From Magnetococcales bacterium (GTDB taxonomy: Bacteria; Pseudomonadota; Magnetococcia; Magnetococcales; UBA8363): 64,000 nt of DNA. The notes beneath the pieces were generated by a model. It ran no database searches. It saw only the letters and a program-made list of their open reading frames with translations, and was not told where the DNA came from. Where the stretch lies: the NCBI GenBank assembly GCA_015228925.1, contig JADGCQ010000009.1, forward strand, positions 1,515-65,514, read 5' to 3'. Below, piece after piece: positions 1-7,722 of the stretch. The translations under genes and the position numbers were made by a program. The stretch's first letter is position 1. Each line of letters begins with the position of its first letter.

Positions 1-379
1 CGGCGACGACCGGAATAGTGGGATAACGTTCCAGGGTTTCCACAACCGCCTTGACAATATCGGCGGTGGCCAACATCCCCAGTTTGATACAGTCAACCCC
101 GATATCATCCAAAGCGGCACGCATTTGTTGGGCAACCAAGGTTCCCGTCACCGCCTGCACCCCAGTGACCTGGACGGTATCCTGGACCGTAATGGCGGTA
201 ACAGCGGCCTGGGGAATCCCCCCCAAATGGGTAATCATGCGGATATCCAATGGCAATCCGGCACCACAGGTGGGATCCATTCCGGCAACAGTCAACACCC
301 GTCCAGTGAAATACTCATCGCGCATGGTTGTCAAAGTGGTCGCCACTGTGTTAGTTGTCAGCCCTTGTGAGTAAATCAT
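1..379 (-). CDS. thiD: hydroxymethylpyrimidine/phosphomethylpyrimidine kinase ThiD, N-terminal part; the gene runs off the left edge
   Basis: My own minus-strand translation from ATG 379 gives ...RVLTVAGMDPTCGAGLPLDIRMITHLGG...IKLGMLATADIVKAVVETLERYP. This is colinear with the ThiD N-terminus (AGxDxxGGAG ribokinase-fold motif). It is absent from the ORF track because the frame is open at position 1. The start could be 379 or 325. Confidence 0.7.
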   Translation of the reverse strand, partial: MIYSQGLTTNTVATTLTTMRDEYFTGRVLTVAGMDPTCGAGLPLDIRMITHLGGIPQAAVTAITVQDTVQVTGVQAVTGTLVAQQMRAALDDIGVDCIKLGMLATADIVKAVVETLERYPTIPVVA

Positions 380-397
380 AGCCGCGCCGACGAGGTA

Positions 398-1990
398 ATG
401 ACCATGGCAAAAGTCCTGATTTCCGATAAAATGTCACCGGAAGCCGAGCAGGTTTTCCGATCCAGAGGGGTAGAAGTCGATTATCTTCCCGGTTTAACCC
501 CCGACGAGCTTAAAAAGAAACTCCCCGATTATGACGGTATCGCCATCCGTTCCGCAACCAAGTTGACCCAGGATCTGATCCAGGCGGCAACACGACTCAA
601 GGTAATTGGTCGTGCAGGCATCGGTGTGGATAATGTGGATATTCCCGCTGCGTCCAAGCAAGGGGTCATCGTCATGAATGCCCCCTTTGGCAATTCGGTG
701 ACCACTGCCGAACAGACCATGGCCCTGATGTTGGGTGCCGCACGGCATATCCCTGCCGCGACCGCTTCTACCCGTCTGGGCAAGTGGGAAAAAAATGGTT
801 TCATGGGGCGAGAACTTGCGGGCAAAACCCTTGGGATCATCGGTACGGGAAATATTGGTTCCCTGGTGATCGACCGCTGCAAAGGGATGAAGATGGCGAT
901 TCTGGCCTATGATCCTTTCATCAGCAAAGCCAAAGCTTTGGACCTGGGGATCGAATTGGTCGAGAACTTGGACGATTTCTGGCCCCGGGTGGATGTTCTC
1001 ACCGTACACGCCCCGTTAACGCCCAAAACCCGGCATATCATCAATGGTGACGCCTTTGCCAAAATGAAAAAAGGGGTGATCGTCATCAACTGCGCCCGCG
1101 GTGGCATCGTCGATGAGACGGCTTTGTATGAGGCGTTAAAATCGGGCAAGGTTTTTGCGGCGGGCCTGGATGTCTTCGAGAAAGAACCCGCCAAGGAAAA
1201 CCCGTTATTTGGATTGGATAACGTGGTGCTGACCCCTCATCTTGGGGCATCGACCTCCGAGGCGCAAATCAAGGTTGCCGTCCAGATTGCCGAGCAAATC
1301 TCCGATTATCTCCTCAAGGGTACGGTTCAAAACGCCCTCAACATACCCGCCGTTTCGGAAAATGAACTGCCCGCATTGCGCCCTTTTCTCAATCTTGCCG
1401 ACAAACTGGGGACCACCTTGGGGCAACTGACCGAGACAGGGGTTCAATCCATCGAGGTGACCTACGAGGGCGAGGTCGCAGCACTCAATCATAAACCCAT
1501 CACCAACACCCTGTTGAATTCCCTGCTAACCCCCATGTTGGAGATTGGGGTCAATCTGGTCAATGCCCCCCTGATTGCCAAAGAGCGGGGGATCGTCGTT
1601 TCCGAGGTGATCCGCTCGCAGTCGAAAAAAGGGTTTACTTCGCTGATTTCGGTCTCGTTGATTACGGAAAAGCGGAAACGGTGTGTTTCGGGGACTTTGT
1701 CTTATGATCAACGGCCTCGTGTGGTCTCCATGAATGAGATCCCGATTGAGGCGACACCCGAAGGGAATTTGCTGTTTGTCGCCAACCAGGATTCTCCGGG
1801 GCTGATCGGTCGTGTGGGGACCATCTTGGGAGAGGCGGGGATCAATATCGCCAATTTTCATCTGGGACGGACCCACCAGGGGGGATCGGCCATCGCCTTT
1901 ATCAACATCGATCAAGATGTCCCCAAAGGGATCATGGAGCAACTCCTTCAGGTTCCCAACGTCCTGGAAGTCAAGCTGGTACGCTACTGA
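398..1990 (+). CDS. serA: D-3-phosphoglycerate dehydrogenase (long form with C-terminal ACT domain)
   Basis: 530 aa. It has a 2-hydroxyacid dehydrogenase fold, the NAD loop GIIGTGNIGS, and a conserved HAPLTPKT...NCARGG region. The C-terminal ~130 aa are ASB/ACT-like. The start is ATG 398 or 404. Confidence 0.9.
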   Translation: MTMAKVLISDKMSPEAEQVFRSRGVEVDYLPGLTPDELKKKLPDYDGIAIRSATKLTQDLIQAATRLKVIGRAGIGVDNVDIPAASKQGVIVMNAPFGNSVTTAEQTMALMLGAARHIPAATASTRLGKWEKNGFMGRELAGKTLGIIGTGNIGSLVIDRCKGMKMAILAYDPFISKAKALDLGIELVENLDDFWPRVDVLTVHAPLTPKTRHIINGDAFAKMKKGVIVINCARGGIVDETALYEALKSGKVFAAGLDVFEKEPAKENPLFGLDNVVLTPHLGASTSEAQIKVAVQIAEQISDYLLKGTVQNALNIPAVSENELPALRPFLNLADKLGTTLGQLTETGVQSIEVTYEGEVAALNHKPITNTLLNSLLTPMLEIGVNLVNAPLIAKERGIVVSEVIRSQSKKGFTSLISVSLITEKRKRCVSGTLSYDQRPRVVSMNEIPIEATPEGNLLFVANQDSPGLIGRVGTILGEAGINIANFHLGRTHQGGSAIAFINIDQDVPKGIMEQLLQVPNVLEVKLVRY

Positions 1991-1996
1991 CCACGG

Positions 1997-3205
1997 ATGA
2001 CAACCCCATCGGTCCCCCGGCTCACTGTCGTCATCCCCAGCCGCAGTGAGCCGGACCCTGTTTTCCCTCTGGTGTCTTTGGCTGACTGCGACAAACCGGA
2101 TACTTCTGTTGAGGTTATCGTGGTCATCAACGGTTCCGAAGAAGATGAGGATCGGGATCGTCTGGCGAACGTGCGTGCGCGGGATATGGTGACGGCCTGG
2201 GTTGATGATCACCACAATCTATCCTTTGATGTGACGGTACAGTATCATCCGCGTTTGCCACAACGCCAAGCGGGGGTGGGATTGGCGCGGCGGTTGGGGA
2301 TGGATGCGGCGTGTGAAAATTTATTGCGTGCAACACCCAAAAGGCCGGGAATCATCGTTGCCCTGGATGCCGATTGTCGGGTGGCCTCCAATTATTTGAC
2401 CGCTTTGGTTGAACATTTCCAGAAACATCCGAAAACGGGTGGTGCCTCTCTCTACTTTGAACACCCTTTGGACGGTTTGCCGCCGTGGCATCGTGCCGGT
2501 ATTGTTGGATATGAATTATTTTTGCGTCTCTACCGGCAGGGTTTGATCGTCGCCGGATCTCCCCATGCTTTCCACACCGTTGGTTCCGCCATGGCGGTGC
2601 GTGCAGACGTTTATCGGCGTTTGGGAGGGATGAATCGCCGTCAGGCGGGGGAAGATTTTTATTTTTTACAAAAAGTCATGGCCCATGGTCCTTTTTCCGA
2701 TCTGACGACGACCACCGTTTTTCCATCGCCGCGCATTTCGCATCGTGTCCCCTTTGGTACCGGACGTGCCATGGGCAAGTGGTGTGAAAAGGATACGGGG
2801 ACGTTCATGAGTTATGATCCCCAGGTGTTTTCAGATTTGCGCTCTTTTTTTGGGTACGTTCAGGAATTGTCACAGAATCAAGGTACAAAATTTGCTTGTT
2901 CCTCCCCTGTTCTGGCACAATTTTTGGAACAACAACATTTTGATCAGGCCCTGGAAGAACTTCGTACCCATACGGCCACCCCCGATGCTTTCATGAAGCG
3001 TTTTTTTGTTTGGTTCAATCCATTCAGAATATTAAAATGGACCCATTTTGCCACCGAGTGTCATTATCCCAAAATACCCGTATTCCAGGCCGCTTCTACC
3101 CTGCTCGACTGGTTGGGGAGTACTGCGAAAGGGTTGCCTGGAACGGAGGAAGAACTATTGCAGCTCTTCCGCGAGAGGGACCGCAGGGGAGCGTTGGAAA
3201 GGTGA
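1997..3205 (+). CDS. family 2 glycosyltransferase (GT-A fold), specificity unknown
   Basis: 402 aa. It shows an N-terminal LTVVIPSRSE beta-strand start, an ALDADC DxD-like motif and GEDFYFLQK. It begins 7 nt after the serA stop and ends 5 nt before the next gene. Confidence 0.6.
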   Translation: MTTPSVPRLTVVIPSRSEPDPVFPLVSLADCDKPDTSVEVIVVINGSEEDEDRDRLANVRARDMVTAWVDDHHNLSFDVTVQYHPRLPQRQAGVGLARRLGMDAACENLLRATPKRPGIIVALDADCRVASNYLTALVEHFQKHPKTGGASLYFEHPLDGLPPWHRAGIVGYELFLRLYRQGLIVAGSPHAFHTVGSAMAVRADVYRRLGGMNRRQAGEDFYFLQKVMAHGPFSDLTTTTVFPSPRISHRVPFGTGRAMGKWCEKDTGTFMSYDPQVFSDLRSFFGYVQELSQNQGTKFACSSPVLAQFLEQQHFDQALEELRTHTATPDAFMKRFFVWFNPFRILKWTHFATECHYPKIPVFQAASTLLDWLGSTAKGLPGTEEELLQLFRERDRRGALER

Positions 3206-3209
3206 ACCC

Positions 3210-4265
3210 ATGAAGCATGATGATGAATTGACCGAGAAAATCCACAACACGGATGAAAATGGCAAAATACAACGCGATTCAGACTCTCAAGGGATGGTTT
3301 TCAGCAGCCCTGCCATGAAAACCTTGTTGAAGCGCGCCCATCATGTGGCCACACTCGATCTGCCCGTACTCATCCAGGGGGAATCGGGGACCGGTAAAGA
3401 TGGTCTGGCACGACTCATTCATCATGCGTCATCCCGGAGAAATCAGCCCTTTATTTGCGTCAATTGCGGTGCCATCCCTGAAAATCTTGTGGAAGCGGAA
3501 CTCTTTGGTCATGAAAAAGGGGCATTTACCGGGGCACTCCTAGCGCGGAAAGGTTATGTCGCTGAGGCAGACAAAGGGACACTCTTCCTCGATGAAATCG
3601 GTGAATTGCCTTTGGCTACCCAGGTTAAACTTCTCCGCGTACTTCAGGAACGGGAAGTGACAGCGGTGGGTTCGGTGCATCCCCGTCAGGTAGATTTTCG
3701 AATTTTGGCGGCAACCAATCGCGATTTATGGCAAGAAGTTGGCCGAGGCCGTTTTCGTAATGATCTGTTCCATCGCCTTGCGGTGGCTGTTTTCACCATT
3801 CCACCGCTACGAGAACGCTCAGAAGATTTGGAAGAATTGATCCAACTTTTTGTTGAAAAGATTAACCGGGATATGATTCGCCATCCCGGTTTTGACAAAA
3901 AACGCAAACTATCCGATACAGCCCTCACCCTTTTACGCCATCACACTTGGCCAGGCAATATTCGTGAACTGTATAATACACTGCTCCGAGCCATTCTTTG
4001 GAGCGAACACAATGTCGTTAAAGTCAAAGACGTTCAAGACGCCATGTTTGGTATTCACTTGGCACCACCGGCAACCATCCTGGGTCGCGAATTCAGCCGC
4101 GATTTTAAACTGAGCGAGCTATTGACGCAGGTGGCCGACCACTATTTTGAAAAAGCCCTGAGCGAAAGTGGTGGCAATAAATCTTTGGCAACCCGTTTGC
4201 TGGGATTGCCCAACGCCACCACATTTTCCAATTGGAGAAAAAAGTATCCTTGGAAAAAAACATAG
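3210..4265 (+). CDS. sigma-54-dependent transcriptional activator (AAA+ plus HTH only, no receiver or sensor domain)
   Basis: Motifs present are Walker A GESGTGKD, the GAFTGA loop (GHEKGAFTGA), Walker B LFLDEIGEL and a C-terminal Fis-type HTH (GNKSLATRLLGLPNATTFSNW). I trimmed the track ORF (3048) to the in-frame ATG at 3210, just after the upstream stop. Only about 30 aa precede the AAA+ core. Confidence 0.85.
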   Translation: MKHDDELTEKIHNTDENGKIQRDSDSQGMVFSSPAMKTLLKRAHHVATLDLPVLIQGESGTGKDGLARLIHHASSRRNQPFICVNCGAIPENLVEAELFGHEKGAFTGALLARKGYVAEADKGTLFLDEIGELPLATQVKLLRVLQEREVTAVGSVHPRQVDFRILAATNRDLWQEVGRGRFRNDLFHRLAVAVFTIPPLRERSEDLEELIQLFVEKINRDMIRHPGFDKKRKLSDTALTLLRHHTWPGNIRELYNTLLRAILWSEHNVVKVKDVQDAMFGIHLAPPATILGREFSRDFKLSELLTQVADHYFEKALSESGGNKSLATRLLGLPNATTFSNWRKKYPWKKT

Positions 4266-4274
4266 AATATCTCA

Positions 4275-4997
4275 TCAAAAACGCCGTCCTACCCAAACAA
4301 CCCGCCCCACAATCGACAACCGCTCCGCTTGTTCCAGGGTGATTTTAATATCCTCGTAGGCGTCATTGTCATTTTTGATGGTCACCGAACCGTCAAATCC
4401 CCGTTGTAACCGTTTGGCGACCAGATCTTCATCCCGCCGCATGACATAAATAGCATCATTGCGCATGCTGTGATCCCTCTGATCCAGTAACACCAAATCC
4501 CCTTCCTTTAAGGTTGGTTCCATGGAATCCCCAACAATGCTGACCAAGGCAATTTTTTTCGGATCCAGGCGCATGACCGAATGGATCCAATCGGACTTGA
4601 AAGCGATGTGATCCACAACCTGTCCACAATGAAAAGGATCTTCGGTTTCTCCGCTGACCTGGATGCTGAAACGCGGGACGATGACATAAGATTGTGGTGG
4701 AACGTGGTACTGCTCTCCCGGTTCTCTGGCCATGGTTATCGAATCGTCTGAAGGGACGACCGAGACATGGTTTAACCATGGATGCCCCTTTCCAGTCAAA
4801 AGCCAATTAATGGAAATATTGGTATTCATGGCGATTTTGATGAGGGTGCTTGTTTGCGGACACGCCCCCTTATTCAAGATACCCGCCAAAGTGGATTTGC
4901 CCAGTCCAATGCGGGCCGCAAACGCATAGGGACGTTCTTTGCCAATCACAAATTCCAGACGTTCTTTCAGTTGATCCATAGGAAGTTTTTCGGGCAT
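4275..4997 (-). CDS. cI/LexA-type repressor: N-terminal XRE-family HTH plus C-terminal S24 self-cleaving peptidase
   Basis: The HTH region is AFAARIGLGKSTLAGILNKGACPQTSTLIKIAMNTNISINWLLTG. The S24 region is VGDSMEPTLKEGDLVLLD...VAKRL (Ser/Lys dyad context). I chose ATG 4997 (MPEKL) because GGAG lies about 9 nt upstream; the track start at 5027 has no SD. Confidence 0.8.
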   Translation of the reverse strand: MPEKLPMDQLKERLEFVIGKERPYAFAARIGLGKSTLAGILNKGACPQTSTLIKIAMNTNISINWLLTGKGHPWLNHVSVVPSDDSITMAREPGEQYHVPPQSYVIVPRFSIQVSGETEDPFHCGQVVDHIAFKSDWIHSVMRLDPKKIALVSIVGDSMEPTLKEGDLVLLDQRDHSMRNDAIYVMRRDEDLVAKRLQRGFDGSVTIKNDNDAYEDIKITLEQAERLSIVGRVVWVGRRF

Positions 4998-5017
4998 GGC
5001 CATCTCCATAAATGTAA

Positions 5018-5050
5018 AACGAACCATAATGAATAATAACGAACCATAAT
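5018..5050. promoter_or_regulatory. two direct copies of AACGAACCATAAT, operator half-sites (ACGAAC = reverse complement of GTTCGT)
   Basis: The 13-nt repeat occurs at 5018-5030 and 5038-5050, 20 nt apart, immediately upstream of the repressor start. It shares the GTTCGT/ACGAAC half-site with the two palindromes downstream. Confidence 0.4.
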
Positions 5051-5108
5051 ATATCTCAGATGAACTATTTCAGTCCAGCACTGAAAGTTACTGTAACCCA
5101 ATTTTTTT

Positions 5109-5130
5109 AAATGAACTAAAAGTTCGTAAT
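5109..5130. promoter_or_regulatory. palindromic operator-like site AAATGAAC-N5-GTTCGTAAT (site 1)
   Basis: The perfect inverted repeat GAAC/GTTC has identical extended flanks to site 2. It lies in the AT-rich divergent region between the repressor and the 5263 ORF. Confidence 0.45.
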
Positions 5131-5180
5131 TAATTGACAAACGACCGGATATAGTGGAAACTCCCCAAAAAACACCATAT

Positions 5181-5203
5181 AAATGAACCATAGGTTCGTA
5201 AAT
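5181..5203. promoter_or_regulatory. palindromic operator-like site AAATGAAC-N5-GTTCGTAAAT (site 2)
   Basis: It has the same 8+8 nt arms as site 1, 72 nt downstream, and sits about 60 nt upstream of ATG 5263. Confidence 0.45.
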
Positions 5204-5262
5204 CATTCGATGATGCTTTGTTAAATGGCAATCCTAGATCACAATGGCGTATGGAGAATCCA

Positions 5263-5589
5263 ATGAAACAAGACCAAACCGTCAAAGATGAGATATTAAA
5301 AATAATAAAAGAATTCAATATGTTGAAATACAGCATTGCCGCCGTTGAAAGCGATATGGATGTAAGCATCCAAAGAATAAAAAAAACGGGATCCGCTTTT
5401 TCCGAACCCAGGCGTCAAAGAATGCATTTTTTGATCATGAAACTCGCCAAGATGATTGCGGAAAACCGGGAGAGATTATTCCACGACCAATCCCACGGAA
5501 TGTGCCAAGTCGTCATCCAACTGGAACCCCATGAATCCATGACGATAACCATCGAATCCAACGTACAACAGGAGCATTTTTCATCATGA
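5263..5589 (+). CDS. hypothetical protein (first gene of the rightward unit facing the repressor)
   Basis: The track ORF is 5218-5589. I prefer the in-frame ATG at 5263 (MKQDQTVKDE...) because GGAG lies 9 nt upstream. I recognise no motif. The 3' end overlaps the next start (ATGA). Confidence 0.5.
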   Translation: MKQDQTVKDEILKIIKEFNMLKYSIAAVESDMDVSIQRIKKTGSAFSEPRRQRMHFLIMKLAKMIAENRERLFHDQSHGMCQVVIQLEPHESMTITIESNVQQEHFSS

Positions 5590-5957
5590 AAAACCCATTG
5601 CTTGCAGCCACATTTCCCGAATCGTTGAAAGAAATACGTGACGTGATTGGATTGGACAGCACGTTAAAGCTTGTGACGAGTTGTGGCGGCACCCGCGTTT
5701 TTATCCCCAAACATATCAGTGCGCAACATCGGTTGGCCAATTTATTGGGCATCCGAGCAGCGCGTCGGTTGAGTCATTATTTTGGGGGGGAGAGTGTGAC
5801 GGTGGTACGCGGGGCCCCTGCGCTCCGTGCTTTGCGTAACAAGGAGATTATTGATCAATACAGCAAAGGGGTGCGCGTCGCCGACCTAGCCAGGGCCTTT
5901 GCTCTGACGGAGCGGAGGATTTACAGCATACTATCAGAGACAAACGACAAAACTTAA
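5586..5957 (+). CDS. Mor-family (phage Mu middle operon regulator-like) transcriptional activator
   Basis: 123 aa. The sequence FPESLKEIRDVIGLDSTLKLVTSCGGTRVFIPK...AARRLSHYFGGESVTVVRG...RNKEIIDQYSKGVRVADLARAFALTERRIYSILS is colinear with the Mor/C family, with the HTH at the C-terminus. Confidence 0.8.
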   Translation: MKNPLLAATFPESLKEIRDVIGLDSTLKLVTSCGGTRVFIPKHISAQHRLANLLGIRAARRLSHYFGGESVTVVRGAPALRALRNKEIIDQYSKGVRVADLARAFALTERRIYSILSETNDKT

Positions 5958-6020
5958 ACCAAGAAAATTCCCGGCACAGACCAGGGAAATGATTGACAAA
6001 GCCACGCCGGGGATCCTAGT

Positions 6021-6052
6021 CCGGCTTTTGGTATTTTTGCATCAAAAGCCGG
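6021..6052. terminator. 10-bp stem hairpin between convergent genes (possible bidirectional terminator)
   Basis: CCGGCTTTTG (6021-6030) pairs with CAAAAGCCGG (6043-6052) around a 12-nt loop. There is no clean T-run on either side, so confidence is low. Confidence 0.35.
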
Positions 6053-6057
6053 ATTAA

Positions 6058-6741
6058 CTAAAGCACTTTTTTCAAGGATTGCTCAATTCTATTGGACATG
6101 GAAGAGATTTCGCTGATCACCCGGTCGATATCTCCGGCCAGGTCTCTGGCAACACGGGCGGTGCTTTTCACTTCGCCAGCGACGACGGCGAACCCTTTGC
6201 CGAATTCGCCGGCACGCGAGGCTTGAATACCGGCGTTGATAGCCAACACTTCAAGTTCATTGGATATTTTTTCAATTCCATGGAGTGTTTTAGAAACGTC
6301 ACGGGTATTGCGGTCGATTTCCTGCCGCACGCTTGACAGGTCGGTGAAAACCTGATCATTGGCCTTGTTGCGGTTTTCTTCGATGATTGTGATGAACAAC
6401 ATGGCAGCACTCAGGCTGATGACCTGAGCGGTCCCCCGGTTGTTATGGAGAAAGTCTGACGTTTCAGAAGATTCCGAGGCATCGAGGATCAGATCGGCGG
6501 CAAAGTTTTTGACGGCCATTTCCGGCTTGGTCAAGGTTTTGATGCCCAAGCGCATGGCCAGGGTCATCGCTGGGGCATTGGCGTCGGGATCGACGACATA
6601 GATTGGCTCGGCCCCTTTGCTCTTCTGGAAAATTTCCAAAAGGTTTTTACTTTTTTCGCCACCGCCGACGATACCGACTTTTTTTTTGCCTTCACTTGTT
6701 TCCATTTTCCACTCCAACGTTTGCCCACCCAACAGTCCCAT
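6058..6741 (-). CDS. atypical short protein: Rossmann-like N-domain fused to a minimal methyl-accepting chemotaxis (MCP) signalling-tip segment
   Basis: The C-terminal ELEVLAINAGIQASRAGEFGKGFAVVAGEVKSTA matches the invariant MCP hairpin tip (LALNAAIEAARAGExGRGFAVVAxEV). The N-terminal KKVGIVGGGEKS...IYVVDPD resembles a dinucleotide-binding beta-alpha-beta unit. There are no TM, HAMP or methylation helices. Total length is 227 aa. Confidence 0.7.
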   Translation of the reverse strand: MGLLGGQTLEWKMETSEGKKKVGIVGGGEKSKNLLEIFQKSKGAEPIYVVDPDANAPAMTLAMRLGIKTLTKPEMAVKNFAADLILDASESSETSDFLHNNRGTAQVISLSAAMLFITIIEENRNKANDQVFTDLSSVRQEIDRNTRDVSKTLHGIEKISNELEVLAINAGIQASRAGEFGKGFAVVAGEVKSTARVARDLAGDIDRVISEISSMSNRIEQSLKKVL

Positions 6742-6939
6742 GGATCACGCCGTCTTTTTACCACAATTTGCGGGTGACTTGGTACCTTTCTTAACGAGTT
6801 TCAGGAATTTCGGTCGAAAATTTGCGTCTTCCATTTTTTGATTTGGAGTACAACCGCTCTGGGGTGTAGACTTAAAGACGCTATCACTCTTACCAAAGCA
6901 CACTCTCTCGGCAACAAGGTTCGGGGAAAGGATATCTGC

Positions 6940-7722
6940 ATGGAGGATTTTACTCTGTTGCGAAAGAAAGCGACCAAACGATTGTTGCGCATGCATTTTG
7001 AGAGTCAGATCGGCCATATCGGCGGCAACTTATCCGCACTGGATGCCATGCTGTATCTGCACCATTACGTGATGGGCAAAAATGATCTCTTTTTGTTATC
7101 CAAAGGGCATTCTGCGGGAGCTTTGTATGTCACTCTCTGGACATTGGGCTTATTAAGTGAATCCGACTTGGAAACTTTCCATCAAGATGGCACCCGCTTG
7201 GCGGGTCATCCGATACCGAATTGGGGGCCGGGCATTCTCATGGGGACGGGCAGTTTGGGACATGGTGTTTCCCTGGCGGCTGGCATGGCTCTTGCTAAAA
7301 GGTTCCAGAAACAACCAGGGCGGGTGTACTGCTTGACCTCGGATGGGGAGTGGCAGGAGGGATCGACATGGGAAGGGGTGATTTTTTCCCGGCATCAACG
7401 GCTCAACAATTTAACTCTACTTGTGGATGTTAATGGTCTACAGGGTTTTGGTTCCACTCACGAAGTGGCCTCTATGAATGACCTTGCCCCGCGTTTGACA
7501 GGATTTGGTCTGCATGTGGTCGAAGCGGATGGGCATGATCCAGAGAGTATTCGTTGCGCTGTGAACCAGCAGGAGGCGGCAACCCAAGGCCCCTTCGTTA
7601 TCCTGCTCAAGACGGTCAAGGGCAAGGGAATTGAGGGCATGGAAAACCGCATGGAGTCTCATTATCTCCCTTTGGATCGACCCCGTTATGATCAGGCCAT
7701 TCAGGCTTTGGAGATCCCATGA
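6940..7722 (+). CDS. transketolase, N-terminal (ThDP pyrophosphate-binding) subunit of a split enzyme
   Basis: Motifs are GHIGGNLSALD, LSKGHSAGALY, GSLGHGVSLAAGMA and SDGEWQEGSTWEG...LLVDVNGLQ (GDG-N ThDP motif). I trimmed to ATG 6940, which has GGAAAGGA upstream. Confidence 0.85.
   Translation: MEDFTLLRKKATKRLLRMHFESQIGHIGGNLSALDAMLYLHHYVMGKNDLFLLSKGHSAGALYVTLWTLGLLSESDLETFHQDGTRLAGHPIPNWGPGILMGTGSLGHGVSLAAGMALAKRFQKQPGRVYCLTSDGEWQEGSTWEGVIFSRHQRLNNLTLLVDVNGLQGFGSTHEVASMNDLAPRLTGFGLHVVEADGHDPESIRCAVNQQEAATQGPFVILLKTVKGKGIEGMENRMESHYLPLDRPRYDQAIQALEIP

Noticed and set aside
3048-3209. 5' extensions of track ORFs that overlap upstream genes. They include 3048-3209, 30892-31119, 40633-40764, 44566-44700, 52010-52126, 9519-9626 and 6838-6939.
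   Set aside because: The extensions overlap well-supported upstream genes or lack homology-consistent sequence. Internal ATGs give N-termini colinear with the family and better SD spacing.
4186-4200. A near-consensus sigma-54 element, TGGCAACCCGTTTGC (GG-N10-GC), on the plus strand in the last 80 nt of the first EBP gene. It points antisense into the cI-type repressor gene.
   Set aside because: It is inside coding sequence with no plus-strand gene downstream. By rough probability, a match of this quality is expected about once by chance in 2 x 64 kb. Antisense control of the repressor is imaginable but unsupported.
6679-6687. An A9 (plus-strand T9) tract in codons 19-21 of the MCP-like gene, considered as another phase-variable site.
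   Set aside because: The tract is in frame as sequenced and encodes KKK in a plausible N-terminus. There is no alternative out-of-frame start signal like the one at the YfhO-like gene.
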